Shown piece by piece: positions 49,501-62,922 of a stretch of DNA of 64,000 nt. A program made the translations under genes and the position numbers. Location: positions 3,596,001 through 3,660,000 of the forward strand of contig OZ231126.1 in assembly GCA_965153355.1 (NCBI GenBank), written 5' to 3'. The notes beneath the pieces are model-generated. The model ran no database searches. It saw only the letters and a list, made by a program, of their open reading frames with translations, and was not told where the DNA came from. Source of the stretch: Flaccisagitta enflata. Lineage: Eukaryota. Each line of letters starts with the position of its first letter. Position 1 is the first letter of the stretch.

Positions 49501-52500
49501 TCATTTTTGGTCATTTTTGGTCATTTTGGTCATTTTGGTCATTTTGGTCATTTTGGTCATTTTTGGTCTTTTTTGATCATTTTTAGTCGTTTTTGGTCAT
49601 TTATGGTCATTTTTGGTCATTTTTGGTTATTTTTGGTCATTTTTGGTCATTTCGGTCAAGGTTTCGGTCTGCTGGTTTAAGTCTGCTGGTTTAAGTCTGC
49701 TGGTTTAAGTCTGCTGGTTTAAGTCTGCTGGTTTAAGTCTGCTGGTTTAAGTCTGCTGGTTTAAGTCTGCTGGTTTAAGTCTGCTGGTTTAAGTCTGCTG
49801 GTTTACGTCTGCTGGTTTACGTCTGCTGGTTTAGGTCTGCTGGTTTAAGTCTGCTGGTTAAAGTCTGCTGGTTTAAGTCTGCTGGTTTAAGTCTGCTGGT
49901 TTAAGTCTGCTGGTTTAAGTCTGCTGGTTTAAGTCTGCTGGTTTAAGTCTGCTGGTTTACGTCTGCTGGTTTAAGTCTGCTGGTTTAAGTCTGCTGGTTT
50001 AGGTCTGCTGGTTTAGGTCTGCTGGTTTAAGTCTGCTGGTTTAAGTCTGCTGGTTTAAGTCTGCTAGTTCAAGTCTGCTGGTTTAAGTCTGCTGGTTTAA
50101 GTCTGCTGGTTTAACTCTGCTGGTTTAACTCTGCTGGTTTAAGTCTGCTGGTTTGGGTCTGGTTTGGGTCTGGTTTAAGTCTGGTTTAAGTCTGGTTTAA
50201 GTATGGTTTAAGTCTGGTTTAGGTCTGGTTTAAGTACGGTTTTAGTCTGGTTTAAGTCTGGTTTAAGTCTGGTTTGAGTCTGGTTTGAGTCTGGTTTGAG
50301 TCTGGTTTGAGTCTGGTTTAAGTCTGGATTGAGTCTGGCTTGAGTCTGGTTTAAGTCTGGTTAAATGTCTGGTTTAAGTCTGGTTCATGTCTGATTTATG
50401 TCTGGTTTAGGTCTGGTTTAGGTCTGGTTTCGGTCTGGTTTTGGTCTGGTTTAATTCTGGTTTGATTCTGGTTTGAGTCTGGTTTGAGTCTGGTTTGAGT
50501 TTGGTTTGAGTCTGGGTTGAGTCTGGTTTGGGTCTGGTGTAAGTCTGATTTTCAATAAAAAGATACAATAAGGAGTCAGGTCAGTTCAGTTATTTTTGTC
50601 CTGCACGCGACTTATAGGTGTTGGCCTTGTTTTAAAAAAAATTCATGTCACCTTGCCCCTTATATGGGTGTAAACCAGCAGAAATCCCAATTTTCCCACT
50701 TCAAAAGGATATCACTGTAGCCCAACTAGGAAATCCAATGAGATGTAAAAATTCAAGCTGCTGACTGCTCAAACATTGTTCTTTCACTGAACCTTGTCAA
50801 ATTTGTTCAATCTTTCCATTAACGCCTTCATTTCGACCCAGAAAGTTCACACATACTGAATAACAACCCTCACACCAAAGCTAAAATCTTGCCTCACAAC
50901 AATTGCAGGCCCCAAATCTTTTTAACACTATCAACAGAATGGCCACAGACAGCAACTCTTTGAGTTTAAAGGAATTCCACGCGGCCAAAGTAGAGCAATC
51001 TCATTTTATATGTTAAAATTGATAAAAATCAATGTTTTTGCATACTACTGACGTCTCAGAAATGACGCTCTAGTCCCTGTCCAAATCTGTTTTTGAGCGG
51101 GGCCATTTGTTTGAAACCTAAGAGAGGGAGTCACTACAGCTGTTTCAACATGATCTAAGATGTTGAGCGCAACGAATATAGGAAAAAGAGCAATGATAAC
51201 TGAGACGTGGGGAAAGGCCTTAGTTTGTTGGGGGCTTTCACTCTTTAAACAGTGTTGAGTAGTAGACTTTATGTCAAAAAATGGAGAAAAATGTCATTTT
51301 TCAAAACAATATTTCAATTTCTATCATAATCAAGCAATAAATCAAAATAAAATACCTTTAAACAGTTTTTAGTCGCGTGCACGCGACTCTACAACCCGCT
51401 CCGTCGGTCCGTCGGTCGGTCGGTCCGTCCGTAACACTTTGCTTTTTTTGTCGTTTTTTTGTCATTTTGGGTTGTCTGGAGTTATTTTGAATCATTTTTT
51501 TGGTGTTTATGAGAATTATTGGTTGTTTTTGGTCATTTTTTATCATTTTTGGTCATTTTTGGTCATTTTGGTCATTTTGGTCATTTTGGTCATTTTGGTC
51601 ATTTTTGGTCTTTTTTGATCATTTTTAGTCGTTTTTGGTCATTTTTGGTCATTTTTGGTCATTTTTGGTTATTTTTGGTCATTTTTGGTCATTTCGGTCA
51701 AGGTTTCGGTCTGCTGGTTTAAGTCTGCTGGTTTAAGTCTGCTGGTTTAAGTCTGCTGGTTTAAGTCTGCTGGTTTAAGTCTGCCGGTCTAAGTCTGCTG
51801 GTTTAAGTCTGCTGGTTTAAGTCTGCTGGTTTAAGTCTGCTGGTTTACGTCTGCTGGTTTACGTCTGCTGGTTTAGGTCTGCTGGTTTAAGTCTGCTGGT
51901 TAAAGTCTGCTGGTTTAAGTCTGCTGGTTTAAGTCTGCTGGTTTAAGTCTGCTGGTTTAAGTCTGCTGGTTTAAGTTGGCTGGTTTACGTCTGCTGGTTT
52001 ACGTCTGCTGGTTTAAGTCTGCTGGTTTAAGTCTGCTGGTTTAGGTCTGCTGGTTTAGGTCTGCTGGTTTAAGTCTGCTGGTTTAAGTCTGCTGGTTTAA
52101 GTCTGCTAGTTCAAGTCTGCTGGTTTAAGTCTGCTGGTTTAAGTCTGCTGGTTTAACTCTGCTGGTTTAACTCTGCTGGTTTAACTCTGCTGGTTTGGGT
52201 CTGGTTTGGGTCTGGTTTAAGTCTGGTTTAAGTCTGGTTTAAGTATGGTTTAAGTCTGGTTTAGGTCTGGTTTAAGTACGGTTTTAGTCTGGTTTAAGTC
52301 TGGTTTAAGTCTGGTTTGAGTCTGGTTTGAGTCTGGTTAGAGTCTGGTTTGAGTCTGGTTAAAGTCTGGATTGAGTCTGGCTTGAGTCTGGTTTAAGTCT
52401 GATTAATGTCTGGTTTAAGTCTGGTTCATGTCTGATTTATGTCTGGTTTAGGTCTGGTTTAGGTCTGGTTACGGTCTGGTTTTGGTCTGGTTTAATTCTG

Positions 52501-52763
52501 GTTTGATCCTGGTTTGAGTCTGGTTTGAGTCTGGTTTGAGTTTGGTTTGAGTCTGGGTTGAGTCTGGTTTGGGTCTGGTGTAAGTCTGATTTTCAATAAA
52601 AAGATACAATAAGGAGTCAGGTCAGTTCAGTTATTTTTGTCCTGCACGCGACTTATAGGTGTTGGCCTTGTTTTAAAAAAAATTCATGTCACCTTGCCCC
52701 TTATATGGGTGTAAACCAGCAGAAATCCCAATTTTCCCACTTCAAAAGGATATCACTGTAGCC
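28572..52763 (+). repeat. Higher-order tandem array: ~739-bp unit A (17 copies including partial ones) interspersed with ten ~1.3-kb HINE copies (AAH about 2.75 kb, AH about 2.0 kb)
   Basis: HINE starts at 29281, 32032, 34793, (garbled about 36830), 39048, 41797, 43810, 46566, 49329, 51371; empty A-A junctions at about 31290, 34050, 38305, 41055, 45825, 48590; last A resumes at 58807-59335. Confidence 0.92.
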
Positions 52764-52950
52764 CTGAGGCGGATCACCCAATAGGCTTAATAGGCTTAAG
52801 CCTAGGGCCCCGCGCCTCAGGGGGGCCCCGCGCCTCAGGGGGGCCCCGCGCCTGCCCCCCCCCCTTAAAAAAAAGAGAAAAAAGAAACAGGACAGTAACA
52901 AAAGATAATAAGTAAAGAAAAAAGGTAAAGAATAAAGCAAGAGAAGAAGA

Positions 52951-54876
52951 AACAAGGCCGGATACACGGGCCAAGACGGTGCGCCGGGCGTTATTAATTC
53001 TTAGACCTATCTCTAGCTCCATCAGACCTATCCCTAGCTCTATCAGACCTATCCCTAGCTCTATCAGACCTATCCCGAGCTCTATCAGGCCTATCCCGAG
53101 CTCTATCAGTCCTATACCGAGCTCTATCAGACCTATCCCGAGCTCTATCAGACCTATCCCGAGCTCTATAAGACCTATCCCCATACCTATCCGTCCAATC
53201 ACCAGACCTATCTGACCTATCCCCAGCTTGATCAGACCTCAACATAGCTGATTATTTTAGTGAATGAAATGAATTTTAGTGAATGAAATGAATTTTCGTG
53301 AATGAAATGAACAAAATGAGTTTTCAATTGATTTCAAACATTTTCAGCCAATGCAATGAAATGAATGAATTGATTAATTAATTAATTAGGTAATTGATTA
53401 ATTAATTAATTAACTAATCAATTAATTTATTAATTAATTAATCAATTAATTAATTGAATAATCATTTAATGAATGAATGAATGAATGAGTGAAATGAATT
53501 TTAAAGAATGACCTCAACGTAGCTGATTATTTTAGTGAAGAAATGAATTTTAGTAAATGAAATGAATTTTAGTATATGAAATGTATTTCAGTGAATGAAA
53601 TGAACAAAATGAGTTTTTAATTGGTTTCAAACATTTTCAGTGAATGAATGAAATGAATGAATGAATGAAATGAATGAATGAATGAATGAAATGAATGAAT
53701 GAATGAAATGAAATGAATAAAATGAATGAATGAATGAAATGAATGAATGAAATGAATGAATGAAATGAATGAATGAAATGAATGAATGAAATGAATGAAT
53801 GAAATGAATAAATGAATGAATGAAATGAATGATGAATGAAATGAATGAATGAAATGAATGAATGAAATGAATGAATAAAATGAATAAATAGAATGAATGA
53901 ATGAACTGAATGAAATGAAATGAATGAAATGGAGGAATGAAATGAAAGAATGAAATGAAATGAATGAAATGGAGGAATGAAATGAAAGAATGAAATGAAA
54001 GAATGAAATGAATGAATGAAATGAATGAATGAATGAATGAAATGAATGAATGAAATGAATGAATGAATGAATGAATGAATGAAATGAATGAATGAATGAA
54101 TGAATGAATGAATGAATGAAATGAATGAATAAAATCAGTGAATGAAATGAATGAATGAAATGAATGAATGAAATGAATGGATGAAATCAATGAATGAAAT
54201 GAATGATTGAAATGAATGAGTGAAATAAATGAATGAATGAATGGAATGAATGAATTGAATAGAATGAACAAAATGAATGAAATGAATTAAATGAATGAAA
54301 TGAATGAATGAAATATATGAAATGAATGAAATGAATGAATATAAAGAAACAAATGAATGAAATGAATGAATGAAATGAATGAATGAAATGAATGAATGAA
54401 ATGAATGAATGAAATGAATGAAATGAATGAATGAATGAAATGAATGAATGAGTGAAATGAATGAATGAGTGAAATGAATGAATGAAATTAATGAATGAAA
54501 TGAACGAATGAAATGAATGAAATGAATGAAATGAATGATGAATGAATGAATGAATGAAATGAATTTTAGTGAATGAAATGCATTTTAGTGAATGAAACGA
54601 ATTTTAGTGATTGAAATGAATGAAATGAGTTTTCAGCGAGTTTTCATTCGAGCGTGACCGACGTATGGACAGACGGACAGAACCTCTTATAGAGGTGCTA
54701 TGGCGCATCTGGGAATCATTCTAGCATATTTCTGAATCATTTAAAGTGATTTTTGCTTCTTTTTGAGATTTTCAACTCGAGCGTGACCGACCAACTGACC
54801 GACCGACCGACCGACCGACCGACCGACCGACCGACAGACAGAGCTAGTTATAGAGGTGCTATGGCGCACCTAAAAA
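52951..54876 (-). mobile_element. 1.9-kb HINE nested in hAT-like copy 1 (21-bp repeat plus (TGAA/TGAAA)n); also in copy 2 at about 56323-58237
   Basis: AACAAGGCCGGATACACGGGCC ... GGTGCGCC and AGGTGCTATGGCGCACCTAAAAA ends; GACC microsatellite. Confidence 0.75.
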
Positions 54877-55796
54877 TAGGAAAAAAAATGAAGAAAAAAA
54901 AACAGAAAAACGATCAATAAGAATTGTGATCTGCATGAGTGTATTTGATGCTCAATGATGGTAAACAATTGCAGAGGTATTATTCAAAACAGAAACAGGA
55001 AAAAGATCAGTAACAAATATCTTGTATCTTTAAAAGAATAGAAACTATATGTTAAGCTTGAATATGAATAGCATAAATGACATTATTTGCTTTGAAAACT
55101 ACTTTGAGATTTTTAAAGCCAAACAACTTTTTTTTCAGTTCAATCAAAACCAAATGCTGTATTTTGTTTTTTGCTTCATAATTAATTAGACAAAGATTAA
55201 TTAAATCTTTTAAATCAACAAACAGAAATATTGAATATTGTATGACAAATGTAATTGTAGAAATAGGAAAATGATATATATGATGCCAGGGGATCTAAAA
55301 AAGAGATTGGGGGTTCACCTTCCAGTCAAGCCTAAAGACCCGCGCTTTGTTGATCTTCAAGCTGACAGGGGGGGGGCAGATGGGGGTTGGGGGGCCCCGC
55401 GCCCTAGCCAAGCCTAGGGCCCCGCGCATTGTTGATCCGCCTCAGGTAACGTTCCCTCTTAGTAGCAGGTTTTAGAGCTGGAACAAATATGCAAAGAATT
55501 GCTGAGGTTTTGAAACAAACTTTATCATGGGAGGCACAAGCAATTTGTTTTGGCTATTTGTTGTAGCTACCGCAGATTTCATGGTATCGGCACTTAAAAG
55601 GGAGCTGCTGATTGAGTCTCTGAACGATTTTGTTTTTCTTTCAGAATCCTCCGCCAGAGCGAATTTAATTCGAATAGCTTCGGGTCGTAACACATAAAAC
55701 CCAGCCAACCCTTAGCCCTAAAGCTAACCTTGTCCCTAACCTTAACCCTAAAACTATCCCCAACCCTAACCCTAACCCCACCCCTAACCCTAATTT

Positions 55797-56082
55797 AAAC
55801 AAGCCCGACCGGGCAACGATGCGTCCGGACTGTGTCTCTGCGTGTATTGAACATGTGACATATAAGGAGAGACAGATGAACGACTAGACAGATGAAACGA
55901 CAAATTAGAATAGGAGACTCTTACAACATGATTGTCGATCATTTGATCTCACCGTGGCCAAAAACAGTCGAGAAACGCAAGTTTTGCACAGGCGTTACGG
56001 ACGGACGGACCGACGGACCGACGGACGGACCGACGGACAGACCCTCTTATAGAGATGCGTTCCTGACGGACGCATCTAAAAA
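55797..56082 (-). mobile_element. Short HINE (GATGCGTCC subTIR family) within the passenger segment
   Basis: AACAAGCCCGACCGGGC ... GACG repeats ... AGATGCGTTCCTGACGGACGCATCTAAAAA. Confidence 0.65.
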
Positions 56083-59000
56083 CCGCTTAAAAAGTCTTAA
56101 AAACAAAAGATCGACAGATGGTTGTTCAAGTGTACCCTGAGGCGGATCACCCAATAGGCTTAATAGGCTTAAGCCTAGGGCCCCGCGCCTCAGGGGGGCC
56201 CCGCGCCTCAGGGGGGCCCCGCGCCTGCCCCCCCCCTTAAAAAAAAGAGAAAAAAGAAACAGGACAGTAACAAAAGATAATAAGTAAAGAAAAAAGGTAA
56301 AGAATAAAGCAAGAGAAGAAGAAACAAGGCCGGATACACGGGCCAAGACGGTGCGCCGGGCGTTATTAATTCTTAGACCTATCTCTAGCTCCATCAGACC
56401 TATCCCTAGCTCTATCAGACCTATCCCTAGCTCTATCAGACCTATCCCGAGCTCTATCAGGCCTATCCCGAGCTCTATCAGTCCTATACCGAGCTCTATC
56501 AGACCTATCCCGAGCTCTATCAGACCTATCCCGAGCTCTATCAGACCTATCCCCATACCTATCCGTCCAATCACCAGACCTATCTGACCTATCCCCAGCT
56601 TGATCAGACCTCAACATAGCTGATTATTTTAGTGAATGAAATGAATTTTAGTGAATGAAATGAATTTTCGTGAATGAAATGAACAAAATGAGTTTTCAAT
56701 TGATTTCAAACATTTTCAGCCAATGCAATGAAATGAATGAATTGATTAATTAATTAATAATGTAATTGATTAATTAATTAATTAACTAATCAATTAATTT
56801 ATTAATTAATTAATCAATTAATTAATTGAATAATCATTTAATGAATGAATGAATGAATGAGTGAAATGAATTTTAAAGAATGACCTCAACGTAGCTGATT
56901 ATTTTAGTGAAGAAATGAATTTTAGTAAATGAAATGAATTTTAGTATATGAAATGTATTTCAGTGAATGAAATGAACAAAATGAGTTTTTAATTGGTTTC
57001 AAACATTTTCAGTGAATGAATGAAATGAATGAATGAATGAAATGAATGAATGAATGAATGAAATGAATGAATGAATGAAATGAATAAAATGAATGAATGA
57101 ATGAAATGAATGAATGAAATGAATGAATGAAATGAATGAATGAAATGAATGAATGAAATGAATGAATGAAATGAATGAATGAATGAAATGAATGAATGAA
57201 ATGAATGAATGAAATGAATGAATGAAATGAATGAATGAAATGAATGAATGAAATGAATGAATGAAATGAATGAATGAAATGAATGAATGAACTGAATGAA
57301 ATGAAATGAATGAAATGGAGGAATGAAATGAAAGAATGAAATGAAATGAATGAAATGGAGGAATGAAATGAAAGAATGAAATGAAAGAATGAAATGAATG
57401 AATGAAATGAATGAATGAAATGAATGAATGAAATGAATGAATGAAATGAATGAATGAATGAATGAATGAATGAAATGAATGAATGAATGAATGAATGAAT
57501 GAATGAATGAATGAAATGAATGAATAAAATCAGTGAATGAAATGAATGAATGAAATGAATGAATGAAATGAATGGATGAAATCAATGAATGAAATGAATG
57601 ATTGAAATGAATGAGTGAAATAAATGAATGAATGAATGGAATGAATGAATTGAATAGAATGAACGAAATGAATGAAATGAATGAAATGAATGAAATGAAT
57701 GAATGAAATATATGAAATGAATGAAATGAATGAATATAAAGAAACAAATGAATGAAATGAATGAATGAAATGAATGAATGAAATGAATGAATGAATGAAA
57801 TGAATGAAATGAATGAATGAAATGAATGAAATGAATGAATGAGTGAAATGAATGAATGAAATGAACGAATGAAATGAATGAAATGAATGAAATGAATGAT
57901 GAATGAATGAATGAATGAATGAAATGAATTTTAGTGAATGAAATGCATTTTAGTGAATGAAACGAATTTTAGTGATTGAAATGAATGAAATGAGTTTTCA
58001 GCGAGTTTTCATTCGAGCGTGACCGACGTATGGACAGACGGACAGAACCTCTTATAGAGGTGCTATGGCGCATCTGGGAATCATTCTAGCATATTTCTGA
58101 ATCATTTAAAGTGATTTTTGCTTCTTTTTGAGATTTTCAACTCGAGCGTGACCGACCAACTGACCGACCGACCGACCGACCGACTGACCGACCGACAGAC
58201 AGAGCTAGTTATAGAGGTGCTATGGCGCACCTAAAAATAGGAAAAAAAATGAAGAAAAAAAAACAGAAAAACGATCAATAAGAATTGTGATCTGCATGAG
58301 TGTATTTGATGCTCAATGATGGTAAACAATTGCAGAGGTATTATTCAAAACAGAAACAGGAAAAAGATCAGTAACAAATATCTTGTATCTTTAAAAGAAT
58401 AGAAACTATATGTTAAGCTTGAATATGAATAGCATAAATGACATTATTTGCTTTGAAAACTACTTTGAGATTTTTAAAGCCAAACAACTTTTTTTTCAGT
58501 TCAATCAAAACCAAATGCTGTATTTTGTTTTTTGCTTCATAATTAATTAGACAAAGATTAATTAAATCTTTTAAATCAACAAACAGAAATATTGAATATT
58601 GTATGACAAATGTAATTGTAGAAATAGGAAAATGATATATATGATGCCAGGGGATCTAAAAAAGAGATTGGGGGTTCACCTTCCAGTCAAGCCTAAAGAC
58701 CCGCGCTTTGTTGATCTTCAAGCTGACAGGGGGGGGGCAGATGGGGGTTGGGGGGCCCCGCGCCCTAGCCAAGCCTAGGGCCCCGCGCATTGTTGATCCG
58801 CCTCAGCTGTAGCCCAACTAGGAAATCCAATGAGATGTAAAAATTCAAGCTGCTGACTGCTCAAACATTGTTCTTTCACTGAACCTTGTCAAATTTGTTC
58901 AATCTTTCCATTAACGCCTTCATTTCGACCCAGAAAGTTCACACATACTGAATAACAACCCTCACACCAAAGCTAAAATCTTGCCTCACAACAATTGCAG

Positions 59001-59413
59001 GCCCCAAATCTTTTTAACACTATCAACAGAATGGCCACAGACAGCAACTCTTTGAGTTTAAAGGAATTCCACGCGGCCAAAGTAGAGCAATCTCATTTTA
59101 TATGTTAAAATCGATAAAAATCAATGTTTTTGCATACTACTGACGTCTCAGAAATGACGCTCTAGTCCCTGTCCAAATCTGTTTTTGAGTGGGGCCATTT
59201 GTTTGAAACCTAAGAGAGGGAGTCACTACAGCTGTTTCAACATGATCTAAGATGTTGAGCGCAACGAATATAGGAAAAAGAGCAATGATAACTGAGACGT
59301 GGGGAAAGGCCTTAGTTTGTTGGGGGCTTTCACTCATAACATCTTATAATGCTTCAAACTTCTCCTAACAAAGGTTCCCGTTGCCAGGGTGGTCTGATTT
59401 TTTGCCTGGAGCA

Positions 59414-59660
59414 TTTTTTGTCGCGTGCTACGCGACTCTATAATCCACTTTCCGGTCCGTCGGTCCTTCCGAATATCACAAAATCCTTTAAAAGGTGTTT
59501 AAAATGTCTTAAAGACATTTTACAGGATCTGAAGCATCAAAAGCCACTTGTTGGTCAGTTGGTCAATCTTTAATTACGTTAGTCAGTCTGCCTACCTGTC
59601 TGTCTGCCTGACTTTATTTGAAAGTGCCGACGCACGCGACTTAGGTCTAATGACCTTGTT
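59414..59660 (+). mobile_element. Diverged short HINE
   Basis: TTTTTTGTCGCGTGCTACGCGACT ... GCACGCGACTTAGGTCTAATGACCTTGTT. Confidence 0.65.
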
Positions 59661-59716
59661 TCAACAACCCTCCGCTATGGTTACTTGGGTGAAGTCGTGG
59701 GTTAACATTAGGGCGC

Positions 59717-60231
59717 TTGGGTGCTTCACATAGCAAAAGTTGCTTATTTATTTTCATCCTCTTTACTTAAAGTGGAGTGGGCAATTTTAGGACTCTTACC
59801 ATTTTTCTTTTATCAAAAATTATTCATCTTCCATTTTTTAGAAAATTGTTTTTGAGAGTTTAATTTTTATATTGCAGTGGGATAAAAAAGTATGCTGATC
59901 TTCTTTGAATTAGCTTTTGTAAACTTCTGCTGTTTAGAGAATTGTAAACCTGCTTTTTCACAAGCTCTTACGTAGCTTATGCTCTGCTATTTTGATTTAT
60001 TTTTACAAAAATCATGGTTTTCTAAAACTAACAATTGTTCCTTTTGTAACAAGACTACACAGGATTTTGCTGAATTCTGGGAAATCTGAGTAAACTTTAA
60101 GGCCGAAACAAAAACGGAAGATGAAGGAATTTTGAGAAAAGGAAAACGGTCATCTTCATGATTTTTTTCACTCCATATTATGTTAGCAGGACAAGAAGAA
60201 AATCAAATTTTTTGCTATGCGAAGCACGCAA
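59717..60231 (-). mobile_element. Mutator-like TIR element, inverted copy of 5718-6233
   Basis: Same TIRs and internal sequence; 9-bp TSD TTAGGGCGC (59708-59716, 60232-60240). Confidence 0.8.
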
Positions 60232-60564
60232 TTAGGGCGCCTAGAGTGACGTAGTGTAGACAGTCCAATTGATAAGTGCTCAGCTTTCTTCTTTCAGGAC
60301 ATGCACCAGAACTAAGGCAAGGCATAGGCATAAGGTGTATAACTGTTTTTTAAATTCTTTTTTGGTTTTAGTTTTGTTTTTCTCCTTTTCCCCTTTTTCG
60401 CTTCAGCAAATTTCAGAGAAGTAAATTGATCATAGAAAACTAACAATATCAAAAGCAGGAGGGGGGGGAAGGGCAGCAGAGAGCAGCTAGACCAAAACTG
60501 TACCACACCAAAACTGTAAAAAAAAAGCTTAAAAACAACAGTCCTCGACTGTAATCTATTTGGT

Positions 60565-60765
60565 GTCCGACCCGGCTACTCAGTCTGACCCGACTACTCA
60601 GTCAGACCCGGCTACTCAGTCTGACCCAGCTACTGATTGCATACCTTGAAGTCCATGGTGGCATACCTTGCAGCCTATGATGGCATACCTTGAAGTCCAT
60701 GATGGCATACCTTGAAGTCCATGATGGCATTCATTGATGTCCATGAAAGCATACCTTATAATCCA
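60565..60765. repeat. Two adjacent minisatellites (GACCCGGCTACTCAGTCT-like x4; 22-bp GCATACCTTGAAGTCCATGATG x6)
   Basis: Seen directly. Confidence 0.85.
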
Positions 60766-60965
60766 ACAATAAAAAAGATACATAACAAAGAATTTTCAAA
60801 GAGTTTTCAAAAAAATTTTTTCAAAAAAAAAAAAAAATTTTAAAACATAAAAACAATTTCAAGACAAAAAAAATTTCAAAAAAAAAAATTTCAAAAAAAA
60901 AAAATTCTGAAGTCCAGGAAATAATGTTACTAGATACATCATAAATCATACATCATACATCATAA

Positions 60966-61576
60966 GACAGCGTCTCCCCTAAGGCAACATTTGTGTTTCA
61001 AAGAGAGTCAAAATGGAAATTATGAATGAATAGAAAAGGAAAAATAACTGAATGATAGTGATTCAGGTGGCTTAGATATAATATTTAAAAGAAAAAATTG
61101 CATTCATTTAGCAAGAAAAATGAAGTTTAGCCAAAGTTACTAACAAAAGTTTTTTGAAAATTTTTCCTTTTTTCACTTTTGGTCACTGACAGGGGGCTGG
61201 TCTAAATTCTAAATTTGCATAGAAAAAGAAAAAATGAAAAAACAAAAAACATAGTTCTCTTCCCAAATCGATTACAGAGTGAACTATGTTTTTCAAAATG
61301 CAAAATTTCCCTGTGTATGGCTTTCTTAGAATTTAGACCACAGAAAATGAAAAAAAGTGTGAGTAGAAATTTGCTGAAAACCATCATTTTCCTACTTGTT
61401 TCCATATGAATTGCATAGTTCAAATTACTTTTTTTGTCAGAATATGATAATAAGGTATATACCAAGTGTCTTTAGAGACAATTTGTCTACTAAAAGCGTT
61501 CCAGCTCAATCATTGTTGTGATAATGATGCAAAAAGTCTGGTGAAACACTTAATTTTCCTTCGAAAATTCGCCGTC
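60966..61576 (+). mobile_element. Second copy of the GAC..GTC element with 4-bp TSD
   Basis: ATAA-GACAGCG ... CGCCGTC-ATAA; colinear with 12935-13547. Confidence 0.75.
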
Positions 61577-62922
61577 ATAAATACCCTTATATTTTCTTAA
61601 CCAATACTCAGAATTTACTGAAATCTTGCAGGGGAGCTTTAATTGATGCAATGAACCTTTACAACAAGTTTGAACAACATTAGTGAACCTTTACTACCCT
61701 TCCCCTATGTAAATTGCCCAAGTCCAGGAATCAATATTACTAGCAAAATACTCTAATATCTTCTAAACCAATACTCAGAATTATCTGAATTAGAAAGACA
61801 GACCAACGGGACGACGGAGTGATAGTCATGACCTTTCCGATATAAGGGGGACCTTAAGAGATTAGGGAGGAAGCTTTTTGAAAAAAAATCATGATAGAAT
61901 TAGTCTTCGTGCGATCGTGTCATGCCTTTCGTTATTTTTCATGAAGAAATGCTCATTTGCATATTGCCGCGATCTGATTATTAAGTAGAAGACGGACTTA
62001 AAATCACACATAACCCAGACAGCGCTTTTCCGCTCTCGTTAGACACGTCATATCTTCATATCTATCTAAGACATGGCTTTACATATGGATAGAAAAGCGA
62101 ATAAAGAACACGAGGTAACTCCATTAACTCCGATGCCGAAAAGATCAGAATTTCCTATAAATTGATAAATAACAATATAACATTACTTGCAACGCGTTGT
62201 TGGCGTATTGGCGTGTTTTTTCAATATTTGACAGGCGGCCGGAGAGTCGCCTTGCTAGGTAGAGCTGCCCGCCTCGGGTGATGCTCTGTCGTCAAACACA
62301 CATGAGGCTGGGGTTCGTTCAATTATAGTCGTGCTAGGGTGCACGTAAAAACAAAGGGATAGAAAAGCATGTGAGCACGTATTGGCAAGGAACTAACGCC
62401 AACAAACAAAGCTAGAATGTTGTTGAAAGTTGGTACACAGGTTAGTATTGCCCTAAAAATAACACTGACCAAGTTTCATCAACATCTGAGTTGTGGTTCT
62501 CAAGTTTTTTAGGGTTGAGACAAACAACAAACAAACAAACAAACAAACGACTCACTACACGATCAAGGCTATGTTATAGTCCTCGACGTAAACTGATCGT
62601 CGAGGACAGAAACAAACAAGAGTGATGTTGATCTCATCCTAACAAGTCTCCCAAACAGCAGTGGTCAGCGGTACCCATTGCCCCTAAGTTAGGACCCTAT
62701 GCTTGGATGTAGTAGTGAGATCTCACGCGATCACCAGAGGGTCAGCGGCCACGAAGGAATGGATGACCTACGCTCGCCTATGCTTGGTTCGGATTGGAGC
62801 AGGATCTGAGCCTGGAGCCTTAGATTTGAGCAGAGGCTGGGATTTGGGCCTGGAGGCTGGAATTTGCGTGTTCAGGTTGGGATTTGTGACGCCCAAAATT
62901 TTCTGTTGTTCATGTATATGTC

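Larger units (their letters stand above)
52764..58806 (+). mobile_element. Composite hAT-like insertion: two direct copies (52764-55445, 56137-58806) bracketing a 691-bp passenger
   Basis: Each copy has the 13-bp TIR CTGAGGCGGATCA and GGGCCCCGCGC subterminal repeats; TSD CTGTAGCC only at the outer ends (52756-52763, 58807-58814). Confidence 0.85.

Noticed and set aside
53627-57747. Long 175-252 aa ORFs (HSFISF, IGLIELG)
   Set aside because: Open only because of (TTCA)n and 21-bp repeats inside the nested HINE
28554-59336. ATGAGTG/CACTCAT as TIRs enclosing the whole array
   Set aside because: Only 7 bp and no TSD; may be chance
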